Source: the human T2T-CHM13v2.0 reference genome, Homo sapiens
Reading direction: 5' to 3' (one strand)
Assembly: GCF_009914755.1 (NCBI RefSeq)
Contig: NC_060930.1
DNA length: 64,000 nucleotides
Part shown: positions 13,612 to 25,860 of the stretch, piece by piece
Numbering within the stretch: the first letter of the stretch is position 1
Layout of the letters: each line of letters opens with the position of its first letter
Made by a program: the position numbers and the translations under genes
Notes under the pieces: model-generated
What the model saw: the letters and a program-made list of their open reading frames with translations, nothing else
The model's database searches: none
Told to the model about the DNA's origin: nothing

Positions 13612-14931
13612 AATGTCATGATAGAACCTTCATTTTATAATAATATTTTTCTGGATGCACATTCTAGGTTAACATTACTTTCAGCCATTAAAATATCTTG
13701 TGGCACTTCTCTCTGGTCTGCATGATTTCTAATGAGGAATACACTGTCATTTAATTTATTTCCTCCTGTACATGAGATGTCATTTCTCTCTTGTTGCTTT
13801 CAAGATTTTTTGACATAAATTTCTTTGGATTTATCTTCCTTTAGATTTGCACAGATTCTTGAATTTTTACTTTAAAGTCTTTATCCAAATTTGGAAAATA
13901 GTCAATCTTCCTTCAAAGACTCTTTGGGCATCACCCATTTGTCATCTTTCTCTAAGACTCTAGAGACACAAATTTCATATCTTTTTTTATAGTCTTACAG
14001 ATTTATCAGCATGAAATAATACTGAATATTATGAATAATTTTACAAAAACAAATTTGCATGCAATGAATAAATTACTCAAAATGTGCAATGTACTGAAGC
14101 TAACAAATAACATAAAATATGAAGAGTTCCACATCTCATAGAGAAAGCCAATTCTATAAAGCTTTCCCAAGACAAAACCCCAGGTTCATTTAGCTTCAGT
14201 AAATATTTTAAAATATTTAAGGAACAAACAACACTAACTTTATGCAAACTTCAAACATTTGAAAAAGTGGAAAACACTTGCAGTTAGGTTTGATGAGATC
14301 TGTGTAAAATTTACTTCAAGATCTGAAAAGAACTCTACAACAAATAGGAATTTATGGACCAATAATTCTTATGAGCCAAGTTCTTAAGAAAATAATAGCC
14401 AACTGAATTCATTGATATAAAAGATGGCTACTACATTATGACCAAGTGGAGTTTATTCCAGAAATGCAAGGTTGTTTGAGCATTTGAGAATCCATTAGTG
14501 TGATTCACTACATTAACTGAAGGAGGGAGAATACACATGCAACCACCTGGATAGAGTCTTGAAATATGATTTGACAGAATTCAGCACTTGGCCTTAATTT
14601 TTTAAAAATCTATTTGCAAACTTGTATTAAAAAGTTATTTCTTCAGTCTGAGAAATGATAGTAACCTTATTGCACATATTAGTCTCAGCCGTGAAATATT
14701 TAAAACTGTCTCCTTCATATCTGGAGTACTAGAGGAGTTAGGCAATGAAAACGGCAAGAAAAATAAATAAAAGAGATGATAATTGCATCCAGGTGAAATG
14801 GTCATTATTTACTCTCAACATAATCAGCTACTTGGAAAATAAAATTAGTAAACAAACTCATAGTTTTAATAAGTGAATTTAAATAATGTTGCTGAATACG
14901 AAGTCAGTATACATTAAAGCAATTATGTTAT

Positions 14932-15344
14932 TGATATAGTTTGGATGTTTGTCCCGTCCAAATCTCGTGTTGAAACATAGCCTCCAGTGTTGGAGGCGAG
15001 GCCTGGTGAGAGGTATTTTGGTGGGGGGCAGATCCTTCATTGATGGCTTGGTGCCATCTTAGCTGTAATGCATGAGTTCTCACTCAGTTCACAGGAGATC
15101 TGGTTGTTTAAAAGAGTGCGACTCTTCCCCACTTTCTCTGTGCTCCTGCTCTCACCATGTGATACCCAGGCTCCCCTTTCCTTCCCCCATGATTGTTAGC
15201 TTCCTGAGGGCCCTCACCAGAAGCAATTGCCAGCACCACACCTCCTGTACAGCGCGCAAAACCCTGAGCCAGTTAAACCTCTTTTCTTTATGAATTACCC
15301 AGCCTCAGGTATTTCTTTTTAGCAATGTAAGAATGGACTAACAC
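14932..15344 (+). mobile_element. MST (MaLR) LTR, paralogue at 39556-39974
   Basis: TGATATAGTTTGGATGTTTGTCCC start and ...GAATGGACTAACACA end, typical of MSTA/B. Confidence 0.85.
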
Positions 15345-15415
15345 AATAATGTTCTACCATAAACAAATAGAAAACAAAACCAAGAAAATAATTTTATCAA
15401 TTTCCTCACCTCTTT

Positions 15416-16035
15416 GTTTTTTTGTTGTGGTTGTTTTTTGTTTTTGAGACAGAGTCTTGCTCTGTCTCCCAGGCTGGGGTGCAATGGTGTGACCTCGGCT
15501 CCCCACAGCCACCGTCTCCTGCTCACAAGCGATTCTCCTGCCTCAGCCTCTTGAGTAGCTGGGATTACAGGCATGCACCACCACGTCCGGCTAATTTTTG
15601 TATTTTTAGTAGAGGCAGGGTTTCACTATTTTGGCCAGGCTGGTCTTGAACTCTTGACCACGTGATCTGCCCACCTCAGCCTCTCAAAGTGCTGGGACTA
15701 CAGGCTTGAGCCACCATGCACAGCCCTGTTTTTGTTTGTTTGTTTGTTTGTTTTTTAGACGGAGTCTCACTCTGTCGCCCAGGCTGGAGTGCAGTGGCGC
15801 GATCTTGGCTCACTGCAACCTCCACCTCCCGGCTTCACGCCATTCTCTGCCTCAGCCTCCCAAGTAGCTGGGATTACAGGCACCTGCCACCATGCCCTGC
15901 TAATGTTTTTGTATTTTTAGTAGAGACGAGGTTTCACCATCTTGGCCAGGCTGGTCTTCAAGTCCTGACCTCGTGATCCACCCGCCTTGGCCTCCCAAAG
16001 TTCTGGGATTACAGGTGTGAACCATCACACCTAGC
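15416..16035 (-). mobile_element. Two tandem antisense Alus
   Basis: Two Alu bodies with (TTG)/(TTTG) tails; absent from the paralogous copy. Confidence 0.88.
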
Positions 16036-16581
16036 GACAATGTCTTATTTTTTTAAAAAAGAATTATTTTAACAGGTTTACTGAAGCATAATTTACATAC
16101 TGCAAAATTTACTCATTGTCTATATAAAATTTAATGATTTTAGTAAATTAATGGATTTGTGCAATTATCACAATGATCCAGTTTTATAACATTTCTATCG
16201 TGTCCAAAATTTATCTGTTTATAGTTAATTCCCGCCGATACCCCAAGTCCTAGGCACCCAATGATCTGCTGTTTGTGTCTATAATTTACCTTCTCTAGAT
16301 ATTTTAAGTAAATGAAATCATACAACATGTAATCTTTTGTGTCTAGTTTCCTTCACTTAGTTAACATTATTGAAGTTTACCAGTTTTGTAGTATGTATCA
16401 TCAATTTTGTTTCGTTTCTTTTCATTCCTTTTTATTCATGTTGTCTTCTTTCATTTGTGTGAATTTATAAGGTACAAGTGTAGTTTTGTTACCTGCATAG
16501 ATTGCTTAGTGGTGAAGTCAGTGTTTCTGCAGTATCCATCACCCCAATCACGTGCATTGTCCCCATTAAGTAATGTCTCAT

Positions 16582-16660
16582 CATCTGGAGTGCAAGGATC
16601 GAAACTTGCCTTGGGAAAACTACCCTCATGTTCATGGTATCTCCCCTGCCATATAAGTCT
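16582..16660 (-). pseudogene. U1 snRNA 5' fragment pseudogene fused to an L1 3' end (about 16410-16582)
   Basis: Minus strand reads ACTTATATGGCAGGGGAGATACCATGAACATGAGGGTAGTTTTCCCAAGGCAAG...TTGCACTCCAGATG, matching U1 nt 1-80. Confidence 0.88.
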
Positions 16661-17028
16661 ATTTTTGTCCCCTTTTATTGTTGAATGATATTGCCTTGCA
16701 TGGATGTAGTACCATTTTGTTTATCCATTTACTAGTTGAAGGATATTTGGATTGTTTTCAGTATGGGCCTACTATGGCTAACGCTGTTCTGAACACTCAA
16801 ACACATATCTTTGTGAGGACATATGTTTTTATGTCTCTTAGGTAGATTCCAAGGAGTGAAATTGCTGGGTCATATGGTAAATGTATGTTAAACTTGCTAG
16901 GAAATTGCCAATTTCCAGGTATTTGTAAAATTATACACTCCCACCAGTACTACATAAGGGTTTAAAAGGTCTGTTTGTCTTCAAACATAATTATAATGTT
17001 GATGATACTATTAGAAATAACATCTGTC

Positions 17029-17335
17029 AGCCGAACACGGTGGCTCACGCCTATAGTCCCAGCATTTTGGGAGGCCAAGGCAGGCAGATCATGAGGTCAG
17101 GAGTTCGAGACCAGCCTGCCCAACACAGTGAAACCCTGTCTCTGCTAAAAACGTAAAAATTAGCCAGGCACGGTGGCATGCACCTGTAGTCGCAGCTACT
17201 CAGTAGGGTGAGGCAGGAGAATCGCTTGAACCAAGGAGTCGAAGGTTGTGCGGAGCAGGGAACACACCACTGCACTTCAGCCTGGACAACAGAGCGAGAC
17301 CCCATCTCAAAAAAGAAAAATAAATAAATAAATAA
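17029..17335 (+). mobile_element. Alu (AluS-like)
   Basis: Full Alu with TSD aaataacatctgtc; empty site in the paralogue near 43016-43030. Confidence 0.9.
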
Positions 17336-19622
17336 CATCTGTCTTGTTAATTTTATATTTTCTCTTTATGTTTCAATTTTTATTTATCCAGGATCTATTT
17401 AGTGAAAAAAATGAGTTTGGAGTACACCTTACCAAAAACTGAAACTAAATCTCAACTCTTTCTAATTCTAGACTCTGTTTTACTAGTATTTAATGAAAAA
17501 AAAATCAGTAACAAATGCCTTTTTAAAAATAAATGTATAGTGTGTTTTAAAACAGCACCTTACAGAGCTAGTCATTCCTTTTTCTGCTTTTTTTTCAAAA
17601 ATTTCCCTAGAAAATATATTTACCTCATAAAATAACATGTCAGCATACTTGAGTTCTAAAAACAATCCTTTTTACTTGCTTTTTTGTTTTATTGTAATTG
17701 AGTTAATGGCTGACATTTAATACTCAATGTGAGTATATTATATATGTTTATATGTTTTTAAAATATATATATATTTAAATATATGTATAATAAATATATA
17801 TGTATTTAAAAAGACCCAGAAACCCTGAATTGAGGATGCCTATCGGGAATCTCTAGGCCTTCACGTGGAATTTAACTATGAATACTAACAACCTAATAAT
17901 ACCACAATCTTTCATTGCCCTACCCAGAAATCAATCTCTCCTACTCCATCCACCATTTCTTTATTTTTAAAAATATATGATTTTGCTCTTTTTCTTCCCA
18001 TGTGCATCAGGCCCACTCTACAAAGGTTGAATCCTGGCTTATCTGAGCCCATGTGATCCCACGGTCATTCCATTGTTTGAGAAAGTGGGTACTGGGAACA
18101 CTCTAGAAACTGTTTAGTAGATTCTTATAAAGACACACAGGAAAAAGTCATATCCTTTTCCTGCCTTTGGGAGTTGTGAAAGAATAAGAAAACTAAAGCT
18201 GCTGCAGGGGTCCTCCTACCATCTCAGGAAAGCTGACGTGCTGTGTGTGATAGAGAGATGAGCTATGAAGTTCCAGAATCGCTGATGATGACACTGGCCT
18301 GCTGAGTTGAGCAACCCTGATGATGCCCAGACTTGGATGTATCGGCAATATGAGATAATGGGTTAAAGAAAAGAAAAGCCCACTAGATGGGATTTCCTGC
18401 TATTTTCAGCAGAAGGCATCTTCATTCAGATATTCATCCCACACATTTTAGTACTACCTTAGAATTCCACACCACAAGTCTCATATAAAATGAGACAAAT
18501 CATTTCCTCAACTTAAGGAACAAAGCATATTTGTGGCAACTCTGGGATCAAACAGAATAAACATAATTATCAGCTTAGTATATTCCTATAGGATTTATAT
18601 TCTTATAGGATATATACATACATGTATTGCTATGTATGTACAATAACATGTAACTAAAAACAAAATATGCATAAAATAAACCTTGAATTTGATTGAAAAT
18701 AAAATAACAGTTGTCTCTGACGGATAAATTATGTTCAGATGATTATTACTTTGAAGTAAACTTTTGAATTGATTATGTACTTTCAGATTTGACATATTTG
18801 ATGCTGACTCTCAGATAGAACACAATGGAGAACCCTCCATCTTCTAAATTTGCCTTTCTCTGAAATCTGTACAGGTCCTTTGATAATACTATATAACTGA
18901 AGTCTCTGGAATGAAAAACTATATACTAATTTAAAGGTATAGATTCACAATATCGTAGACGGGGTTAAGAAAAAGTTCTGATTGACTTGCTGGCTGGTTT
19001 CTCATCTCATGTTTGACAAGTTTGTTTCAGTTGTTATAGTCTGTTCTCAGTTTTTATGCATTGCCTTTTTGAACATTAGGTTTACTTTTTTAATTGGAAA
19101 GTAAAAATTGTATATTATATTTATGTTGTAGAGCATGAAGTTTTGATATATGCCTATAGTGTGGAATGTCTAAATCAAGCTATTTAACATGTGCATTTAC
19201 CTCATATACTTATTATATATACATGAAAACCATTATTCTATTGGGAAATAATCTTCCCTTTCTCTTGTTTTTTGTCCTTGCAGCCAAATGGACCAGATAA
19301 TTTTTAACTCTGTTTGAGAAACATTTAATAATGCAATGTGTTTGTGGCACAAGGGGAGTACAGATGCAGGGGAGGCAGGAAAGTTTAGGTAAAGAGAAGC
19401 ACAAAAGTTGAAGATGAGGCGCTGCCATCAAAGCTGTGGGGCTTCAGGCCAAGAACAGGAGCTGCGGAAGCCACAAGGGAGGACATTTTCTGCAGAGTTG
19501 CTGAACCAGTAACAACCTAGTCCTGACAAAGCTCTTGTGGAAGAATAACAGCCAGGTGGGAAAGCTTTTCATCCTGCAAAGCTGGGGCAGAAGGTTCTTC
19601 CTTGAATGTGGTCATCTGCACT

Positions 19623-19634
19623 TCAGCTCGAGTC
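19623..19634 (-). pseudogene. HLA-DRB2: DRB2 exon 6 remnant (2-nt deletion) followed by DRB-like 3'UTR
   Basis: GACTCGAGCTGA vs DRB1 GATTCCTGAGCTGA; 3'UTR and ATTAAA (19324-19329) collinear with DRB1. Confidence 0.85.
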
Positions 19635-19936
19635 CTGCGGAGACAGAGGAAATTGTTTTCAGACCTGGCTTTACTAAAACTTCTTTTCCCCGCTTTCAAC
19701 GACTCAGATGAGAGCACTGCAGGAAGAAGAAAAACAAGTTCCTAAGTCTCCCTGAGCCAATGATCCTGCAAAGCACAGGCCTTTTCTAAGTGGAGAGGAG
19801 GAGTTTTGGTGTAAATTGCCTGATCAGAAATCTGGATCCAAAGTCTTTCCTATTATTTCTGTCTCACGCCTTATCACCTCTGCCATCATTCTAGGGAAAC
19901 CGAATCTCTTTCTGAAAGAAGATTAAAAGGTATTAC

Positions 19937-19960
19937 CTTTTGGGTGAAGTCCAGAGTGTC
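19937..19960 (-). pseudogene. HLA-DRB2: DRB2 exon 5
   Basis: 24 nt, GHSGLHPK, AG/GT intact. Confidence 0.9.
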
Positions 19961-20436
19961 CTGGGAAAAAGAGGAAAATATATATACTTAAAAGGTATGG
20001 AAGCAAATCTGTCTTCCAATGCAATGTCCCAGCCCCAGATCTCCCACCTGAGATTTCTCTAACACCACAACCCCCACCAACCACGGCAGAGAAGAGCAGA
20101 AACAGACCATGTGACCCATGAAGCATGAGGTGTCTGTCACAGGATCCAGTGTAATTGCATTAGCCTTAGTGGCTCTTCCTTAATTTGCTTCAGGATCTCG
20201 AAGCAAAGGACCCCTACTTGTTAACCTTTCTCTTATCTCTGCAGGCCACAAGCTATTATGCTTTGACATAGTAACCATGCACTGATGATTTCTGGATTAT
20301 CAGGACATTGGAGGTCATTTGGGGAAAGAAAGGCTTTATCCAGGGCCACTGATATACTGAGAACTAATCCTAGCAAAGCCATATTTCCTCCTCCAGAAAA
20401 GCCTATGGAGATACTCAGCTCCCAAAAGCTCCTCAC

Positions 20437-20547
20437 CTTTCTGATTCTTGAAGTAGATGAACAGCCCCGTCCCAAGGAAGAGCAGGCCCAGCACGAAGCC
20501 CCCGACTCCACTCAGCATCTTGCTCTGTGCAGATTCAGACCGTGCTC
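20437..20547 (-). pseudogene. HLA-DRB2: DRB2 exon 4 (transmembrane)
   Basis: 111 nt, [40 protein letters not shown] intact. Confidence 0.92.
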
Positions 20548-21076
20548 CTGAGAGAGGAAGCCAGGTTTAGTGACGTTTATTCCAAATTGAACCTCTTTAC
20601 TTGAGACCCTAAGATTCAGAGCTTTCAAAATGGGGAAGAAGGCTACCCTGTAAGAACTAAAATAACTAGCTGTTTCTGGGGGAAAAAACGTTTTTCAAAT
20701 CACACTGAACAGTTACAAGGTCCAGGCATCAACCTCATTCAAATATTACAGCCTTGATGTAAGGCACAACTTCAAAATCTGATCAACAGAAAGCCTGAGT
20801 CTCAGTGAGGTTAAGTAGTTTGTCTAGAGTGACAGAGCTAATAAAAGACAGAGCTGAGATTGGACTCCCCTCATGTCAGGAAGGTCGCTGCAGTTCTCCT
20901 CTTCTCAGATCACAACAAACAACTCAGATCAAAAGCACCAGAAACACAGTCTCAGACCCAGAGGCCCAGAGCCCAGGGAGACCGCGTGACCCTGACCTGT
21001 GCTATCATGTGGAGGTTCAAAAGAGGGACAGCCTCTCCTGCGTGGCAGGTATGACTGCTTCTCCAGGAGGTACAGG

Positions 21077-21221
21077 TTTCTAGAAACCTGTTTCTAGAAA
21101 AGGTTTCTAGAAACCTGTTTCTAGAAAAGGTTTCTAGAAACCTGTTTCTAGAAAAGGTTTCTAGAAACCTGTTTCTAGAAAAGGTTTCTAGAAACCTGTT
21201 TCTAGAAATCGTTTCTAGAAA
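21077..21221. repeat. Palindromic minisatellite, 11 x TTTCTAGAAA (27-bp unit about x5)
   Basis: Cores alternate with CCTG/AGG spacers, last spacer TCG; single copy in DRB1 at about 47242-47261. Confidence 0.95.
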
Positions 21222-21377
21222 CGATTACAGGGCTACCCCCAGTGACCTGTGCTGATGGAGATGAGAACATGGAGCAAATGCAAATAGGATGTGGGAGAGG
21301 AGAAACCTGACACTCAGGGATTGGCACAGTCCCCTTCTTGGTGGGTGAGAAATTTAGGAAGTCAGAAAACTGCTCAC

Positions 21378-21639
21378 TCCATTGCACTGTGAGAGGGCTC
21401 GTCATGCTTGGATGCTCCTCCACTCCGAGGAACTGTTTCCAGCATCACCAGGGTCTGGAAAGTCCAGTCTCCATTCTGGATCAGGCCTATGGAGACCACC
21501 GCAGCCTTCTCTTCCTGACCATTCCGGAACCACCTGACTTCAATGCTGCCTGGATAGAAACCACTCACACAGCAGACCAGGAGGTTGCTGTGAGGCAGGG
21601 GCTGGGTCTTTGCAGGATACATAGTCCCCTTAGGTTGGA
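21378..21639 (-). pseudogene. HLA-DRB2: DRB2 exon 3 (beta-2 Ig domain) with 20-nt deletion
   Basis: [39 protein letters not shown]...ETVPRSG then frameshift; deletion removes the EVYTCQV region including the second Ig cysteine. Confidence 0.93.
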
Positions 21640-22538
21640 CTAGGAGAAAAACAGGTAGAGAGAATGAATCAGGAAGTTAGAGTCTCGTTGTTCAGCTGTT
21701 TGTTTGCTTCTCTGTAAACCCAGGCTCTGGCCTTGACCAGGCCTCCAACACAGCTGGCCATATGCCCTCACAGTGTCATCAGCCTGGAATTTAATCGTGA
21801 TAGTGTGGACCCACTAGATTTGCGAGATGTTGTAAAAATTTTATTTGTTTCTTCATAGCTTGAAATTGTCATGCATTATTTAAGTGTTTACAAATCTTTG
21901 AAAGTACAGAGTGTATTAATTAAAACTGATACCTGAGCCAGGTTGCCTGGTTCAAATCCAAGGTCTGCCTTTTAGTGGTTGATCCTGGAAGAGTTTTTTG
22001 ATTCTTTTGTGTCTCAACTTTCTCACGTATAATGTAGGTTAAATTATACTAATTTACCTCTTGGGGTTATATGAGGATTAATTTACGTAAAATATATAAA
22101 ACAATGACTGAAGATAGCCTTCAACTTATGAGGTCAGAAAGCTTCTCACTCCATTCCATTGTGAGAGGGCTCATCACACTTGGGTGCTCCACTTGGCACC
22201 TATTTATCATCCTCTTACACCTTGAGAGAAGAATATGTCTTAAAGCAATGTGGATAGATAAAGGCACAGAGTTGGGTACATGAGGAAACCGAGTATGAAT
22301 TTTTAGGAATAGTACCTCCATGCACTCACACCTTAGAACACCAGAGAAATGGTTCTGCCCCTGGGAAGGCGGGACAGACAGAAATGATTCTCCGAATCTT
22401 TATATTCGTAGAAAAGCCTGAGTCCTAAAGCAGAGATTTAGGAATTAAGGAACGTCATTTTAGTTTTGAAAGTTCTTACATTCACATTTAGCTGATCAAT
22501 GCATCTCCTGTGCAAAACAAGCAGAAATGATTCTCCAA

Positions 22539-22541
22539 ATA

Positions 22542-22581
<40 letters not shown>

Positions 22582-22717
22582 TTTTTTTGAGATGGAGTCT
22601 CACTCTGTTGACCAGGCTGAAATGCAGTGGTGCCATCTTGGCTCACTGCAACCCCCGCCTCCTGGATTCAAGTGATTCTCCTGCCTCAGCCTCCTGAGTA
22701 GGTGGGACTACAGGCGG
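22539..22717 (-). mobile_element. Half Alu (right arm, (AT)n/poly-T tail) cut at the deletion junction
   Basis: Alu sequence stops at 'gggactacaggcg' and runs directly into retroviral integrase sequence. Confidence 0.85.
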
Positions 22718-24900
22718 TAAATCCACCAGATCTTTCCAATGTCCTTTTTCTGGGGATTTCCATAACACTTTCGGAAAACCTCTTCTCTTTTTCTCTAAGA
22801 GTGGCCAATGTCTTTCCACTGGAGTCTTAACATCCGTACCAGGAGTCAAAAAATTTAAAGTAAATAAGGCTAAATATAACTTTGATTGCAGTGGTAACTT
22901 GTCTCCTACTCCTCCGTTTTGTCTTTTCAACATGTGTTGTAATGTTTGATGTGCCTGCTCTATAATGCCTTGTCCTCTAGGATTATAAGGAATTCCTGTT
23001 TTATGGGTTATGACCCAAAGCTACAGGAAATTTTGAAAAGCATGACTAGCATAAGCAGGTCCATTGTCAGTTTTTAATTGTTTAGGTATCCCCATATGAG
23101 CAAATGATGACAGAAATGTTGCCGCACATGACCAGCTGTCTCAGCTGTTTGGCATGTAGCATGCAGCATATGAGAATAAGTGTCTATAGGCACATGAACA
23201 TAGCTAAGCTTACCAAAGGCTGCTATGTGTGTAAATCCATTTGCCAAATTTCATTTAGAGCCAAACCTCGTGGATTACATCCTTCTACAGGTGTGGCTCC
23301 AGGGACATGCTGGCAAGTTGGACACGACTGTATTATAGACCTAGCTTGGCTGTGAGGCAAGCTAAACGTACAAGTAAGGGCAGAAGTGTTTTGATGCAGT
23401 AATACATGAGAGGTTTGAGCTTGCTGAAACACAGAACCAATCAATTTATTTGCTCTATCATTACCTAGAGATAGGGCTCCAGGAAGTTGTGTGTGAGAGC
23501 AAATAAGAGAAAAATGAAAAGGAGCTGCACAAGACCGAATAGTTTGTTGAAGTCTTAGGAAAAAATTAAGCAGTTCTGGTTCTAGGGTACTTTTAATTGT
23601 AGCAGTTTCTATGCAACTGGCTACATTTACAACATAAGCTGAATCACAGACAATGTTGATAGCATCTGAAGCTGTGAGCTGTAAAACCTGTATGACTGCA
23701 ATCAACTCTGAGTATTGAGCTGAAACCCCAGAGGTCATTATTGTTTGAGTATGCTTGGGTCCATAAACAGCTGTACCACCTTTGGAAGAGCCATCAGTAA
23801 AATAGGTTTGTCCACCTGGAATAGGCTTGTGATGAGTAATCACAGGAAGAATGAAAGAATAGACTTTATAAAACTGCACAATTTTGTCTGAAGGATGGTG
23901 AAAGCAAAGGTTTCTGTGGCTGTAGCTGGGAGGCATGCCGTTGCTGAAGCATCTGTTCCACAGGCTGTAACTCAGCTTCTGCCTCTTTGGTCAATTGCTG
24001 CGGGGAATCTAATGAAGAATCTCCTTGTAGGGTTTGAGAAGGTTGTGTCAGTTGATAAGTGGCAATATCTAGCATTGGGTGCAGCCAATTAATATCCCCT
24101 AACAACTGTTGAAAATCATTTAAAGTCTGTAACCTGTCTTTAAGGAGAACTACTTTTTGAGGCCGTACACGTCTTTCAGTAACAATATTATCTAAGTAAC
24201 GATATGGCGAAGTTGTTTGTACCTTTTCTGGAGCTATTTTTAGATTCCATTTAGTTAAAGCCTGCTTTGTTTCTCAGAATAACTGATGTAAGATTTGATC
24301 TGTAGGAGCAGCCAAAAGAATGTCATCCATAAAATGAATGATGTAAGCAGTAGGAAACATATTTCGAGGCTCCTTTAATGCCTGTCCTACAAAATGCTGA
24401 CATAACGTAGGACTGTTAAGCATGTCTTGGGGTAAAACTCTCCATTGATAGCAAGAAAGAGGTTCTCTTTGATTAATAGAAGGCACAGAGAAGGCAAATT
24501 GAGGCTTATCCTTCTCATGTAATGGTATAGTAAAGAAACAATCCTTAAGATCTATTACTGCAAGAGGCCAATCTCTAGGAATGACCACTGGAGTTGGCAC
24601 ACCTTGCTGTAATGGACCCATTGGTTTAATTTGTGCATTAATAGCTCTCAAATCATGCAGCAGTCGCCATCTTCCAGACTTTTTTGGAATAACAAACACT
24701 GGTGAATTCTGGGGGCTAACTGACTCCTCTATATGTCCTGTGTCCACTTGTTCTTATACTAGCTGCTGAAGTTGTGTCAGCTTCTCCTGAGATAGGGGCC
24801 ATTGATCCACCCATACGGGTTTGCCATTGGCCATTCTAATGGTGAGGCAGAGGGTGGAGGAGAAATATCAATGACCGCCATCAGAAATCCTGATGTCATA
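22718..24900 (-). pseudogene. HERV-K pol remnant (RT, RNaseH, integrase), disrupted and truncated
   Basis: ORF 24274-24747: [38 protein letters not shown]; ORF 23223-23936: FTDGSS, HVLLH...CPTC, WQMD. Confidence 0.9.
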
Positions 24901-25860
24901 GCCCTTTTCTATCTGTTTTTCCAGTTATTGATATTGGGTTAGGTTTTCCTCGTAGGAATTTCCCTAAACCTTTCCCACTCTGATATCCCATGTCTTTCAA
25001 TGTTTTAAATCCTGGGTTATCAAAGTTTTCATTTGTAAGTCTCATATTCAATGCTGTAAGTAAGTCTCGATCCCATAAATTGATTGGTATATTTGCAACA
25101 TAAGGCTAAAAAGTACATGACTGTCCATCCGGACCAAGACAAGATAAAATCTCAGCACTCTGTTGAACACTTTTAGCCACTCCTACTCCCACTAGGGATG
25201 TGGAGGTTAGTTTGAGAGACCATACTGGAGGCCAGTCCTTACTGGATATTACTGCCACATCAGCTCCTGTATCCATAAGCCCATAAAATTTCTTTCTTTT
25301 AATTTGTACTACACAGGTGGATCTATTAGAGGCTATGGGCTGGGATAGATAGATTTCCCATGTAGTTGTGCTTCCAAACCCTTTATTTCCTCATTTCTCC
25401 TTTTGTGGAGAAGGATGTAATTTGCGGGGAATAAGCAACAACTGAGCAATATATTCTCCCAGTTCAAAAACCCAAAGACATTTTGACATTAAAACTACTT
25501 GAATTTCTCCTTCATAATCAGAGTCAACTACTCCAGGGACTACAGTCATGCCTTGCAAGTTAAGGGGGCTTTTACCTAAAATTAGTCCTATGTATCCTGT
25601 TGGTAAAGGCCCCCAAATGCCAGTGGGAACTTTGGTAGGTTTGTCTCCTCCAACTAATGTAGTTCTTTCTCTGGTGGGGAGATCTAATCCTGCACTTCCT
25701 GGTGTTCCTGAGGTGAGGAATACCAGGAATCAATCTTTCTCCTGGGACCCATCCCTGAAGTGGGCCTGTGGTCTGAACTGGAAATGCCCTCGTTGTTTGA
25801 GGGGCACGCGTACAGGCCCCCTTCTAGTTTCCCGACAGGTGGGTGCTGTTTTCATGAAAT
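24890..25860 (-). pseudogene. HERV-K pro remnant (dUTPase, protease, G-patch)
   Basis: Minus-strand motifs PGSAGLDLP (about 25700), GLMDTGADVAV (about 25270), MGYQSGKGLGK (about 24980). Confidence 0.8.

Noticed and set aside
16582-16660. Functional U1 snRNA gene
   Set aside because: Only the 5' half is present, with many substitutions, no Sm site and fusion to L1.
21077-21221. CRISPR array or cloning linker concatemer (XbaI)
   Set aside because: No unique spacers, and the core exists as a single native palindrome at the paralogous DRB1 site.
23223-24747. Active reverse transcriptase or integrase
   Set aside because: pol is split by stops and frameshifts and truncated within integrase.
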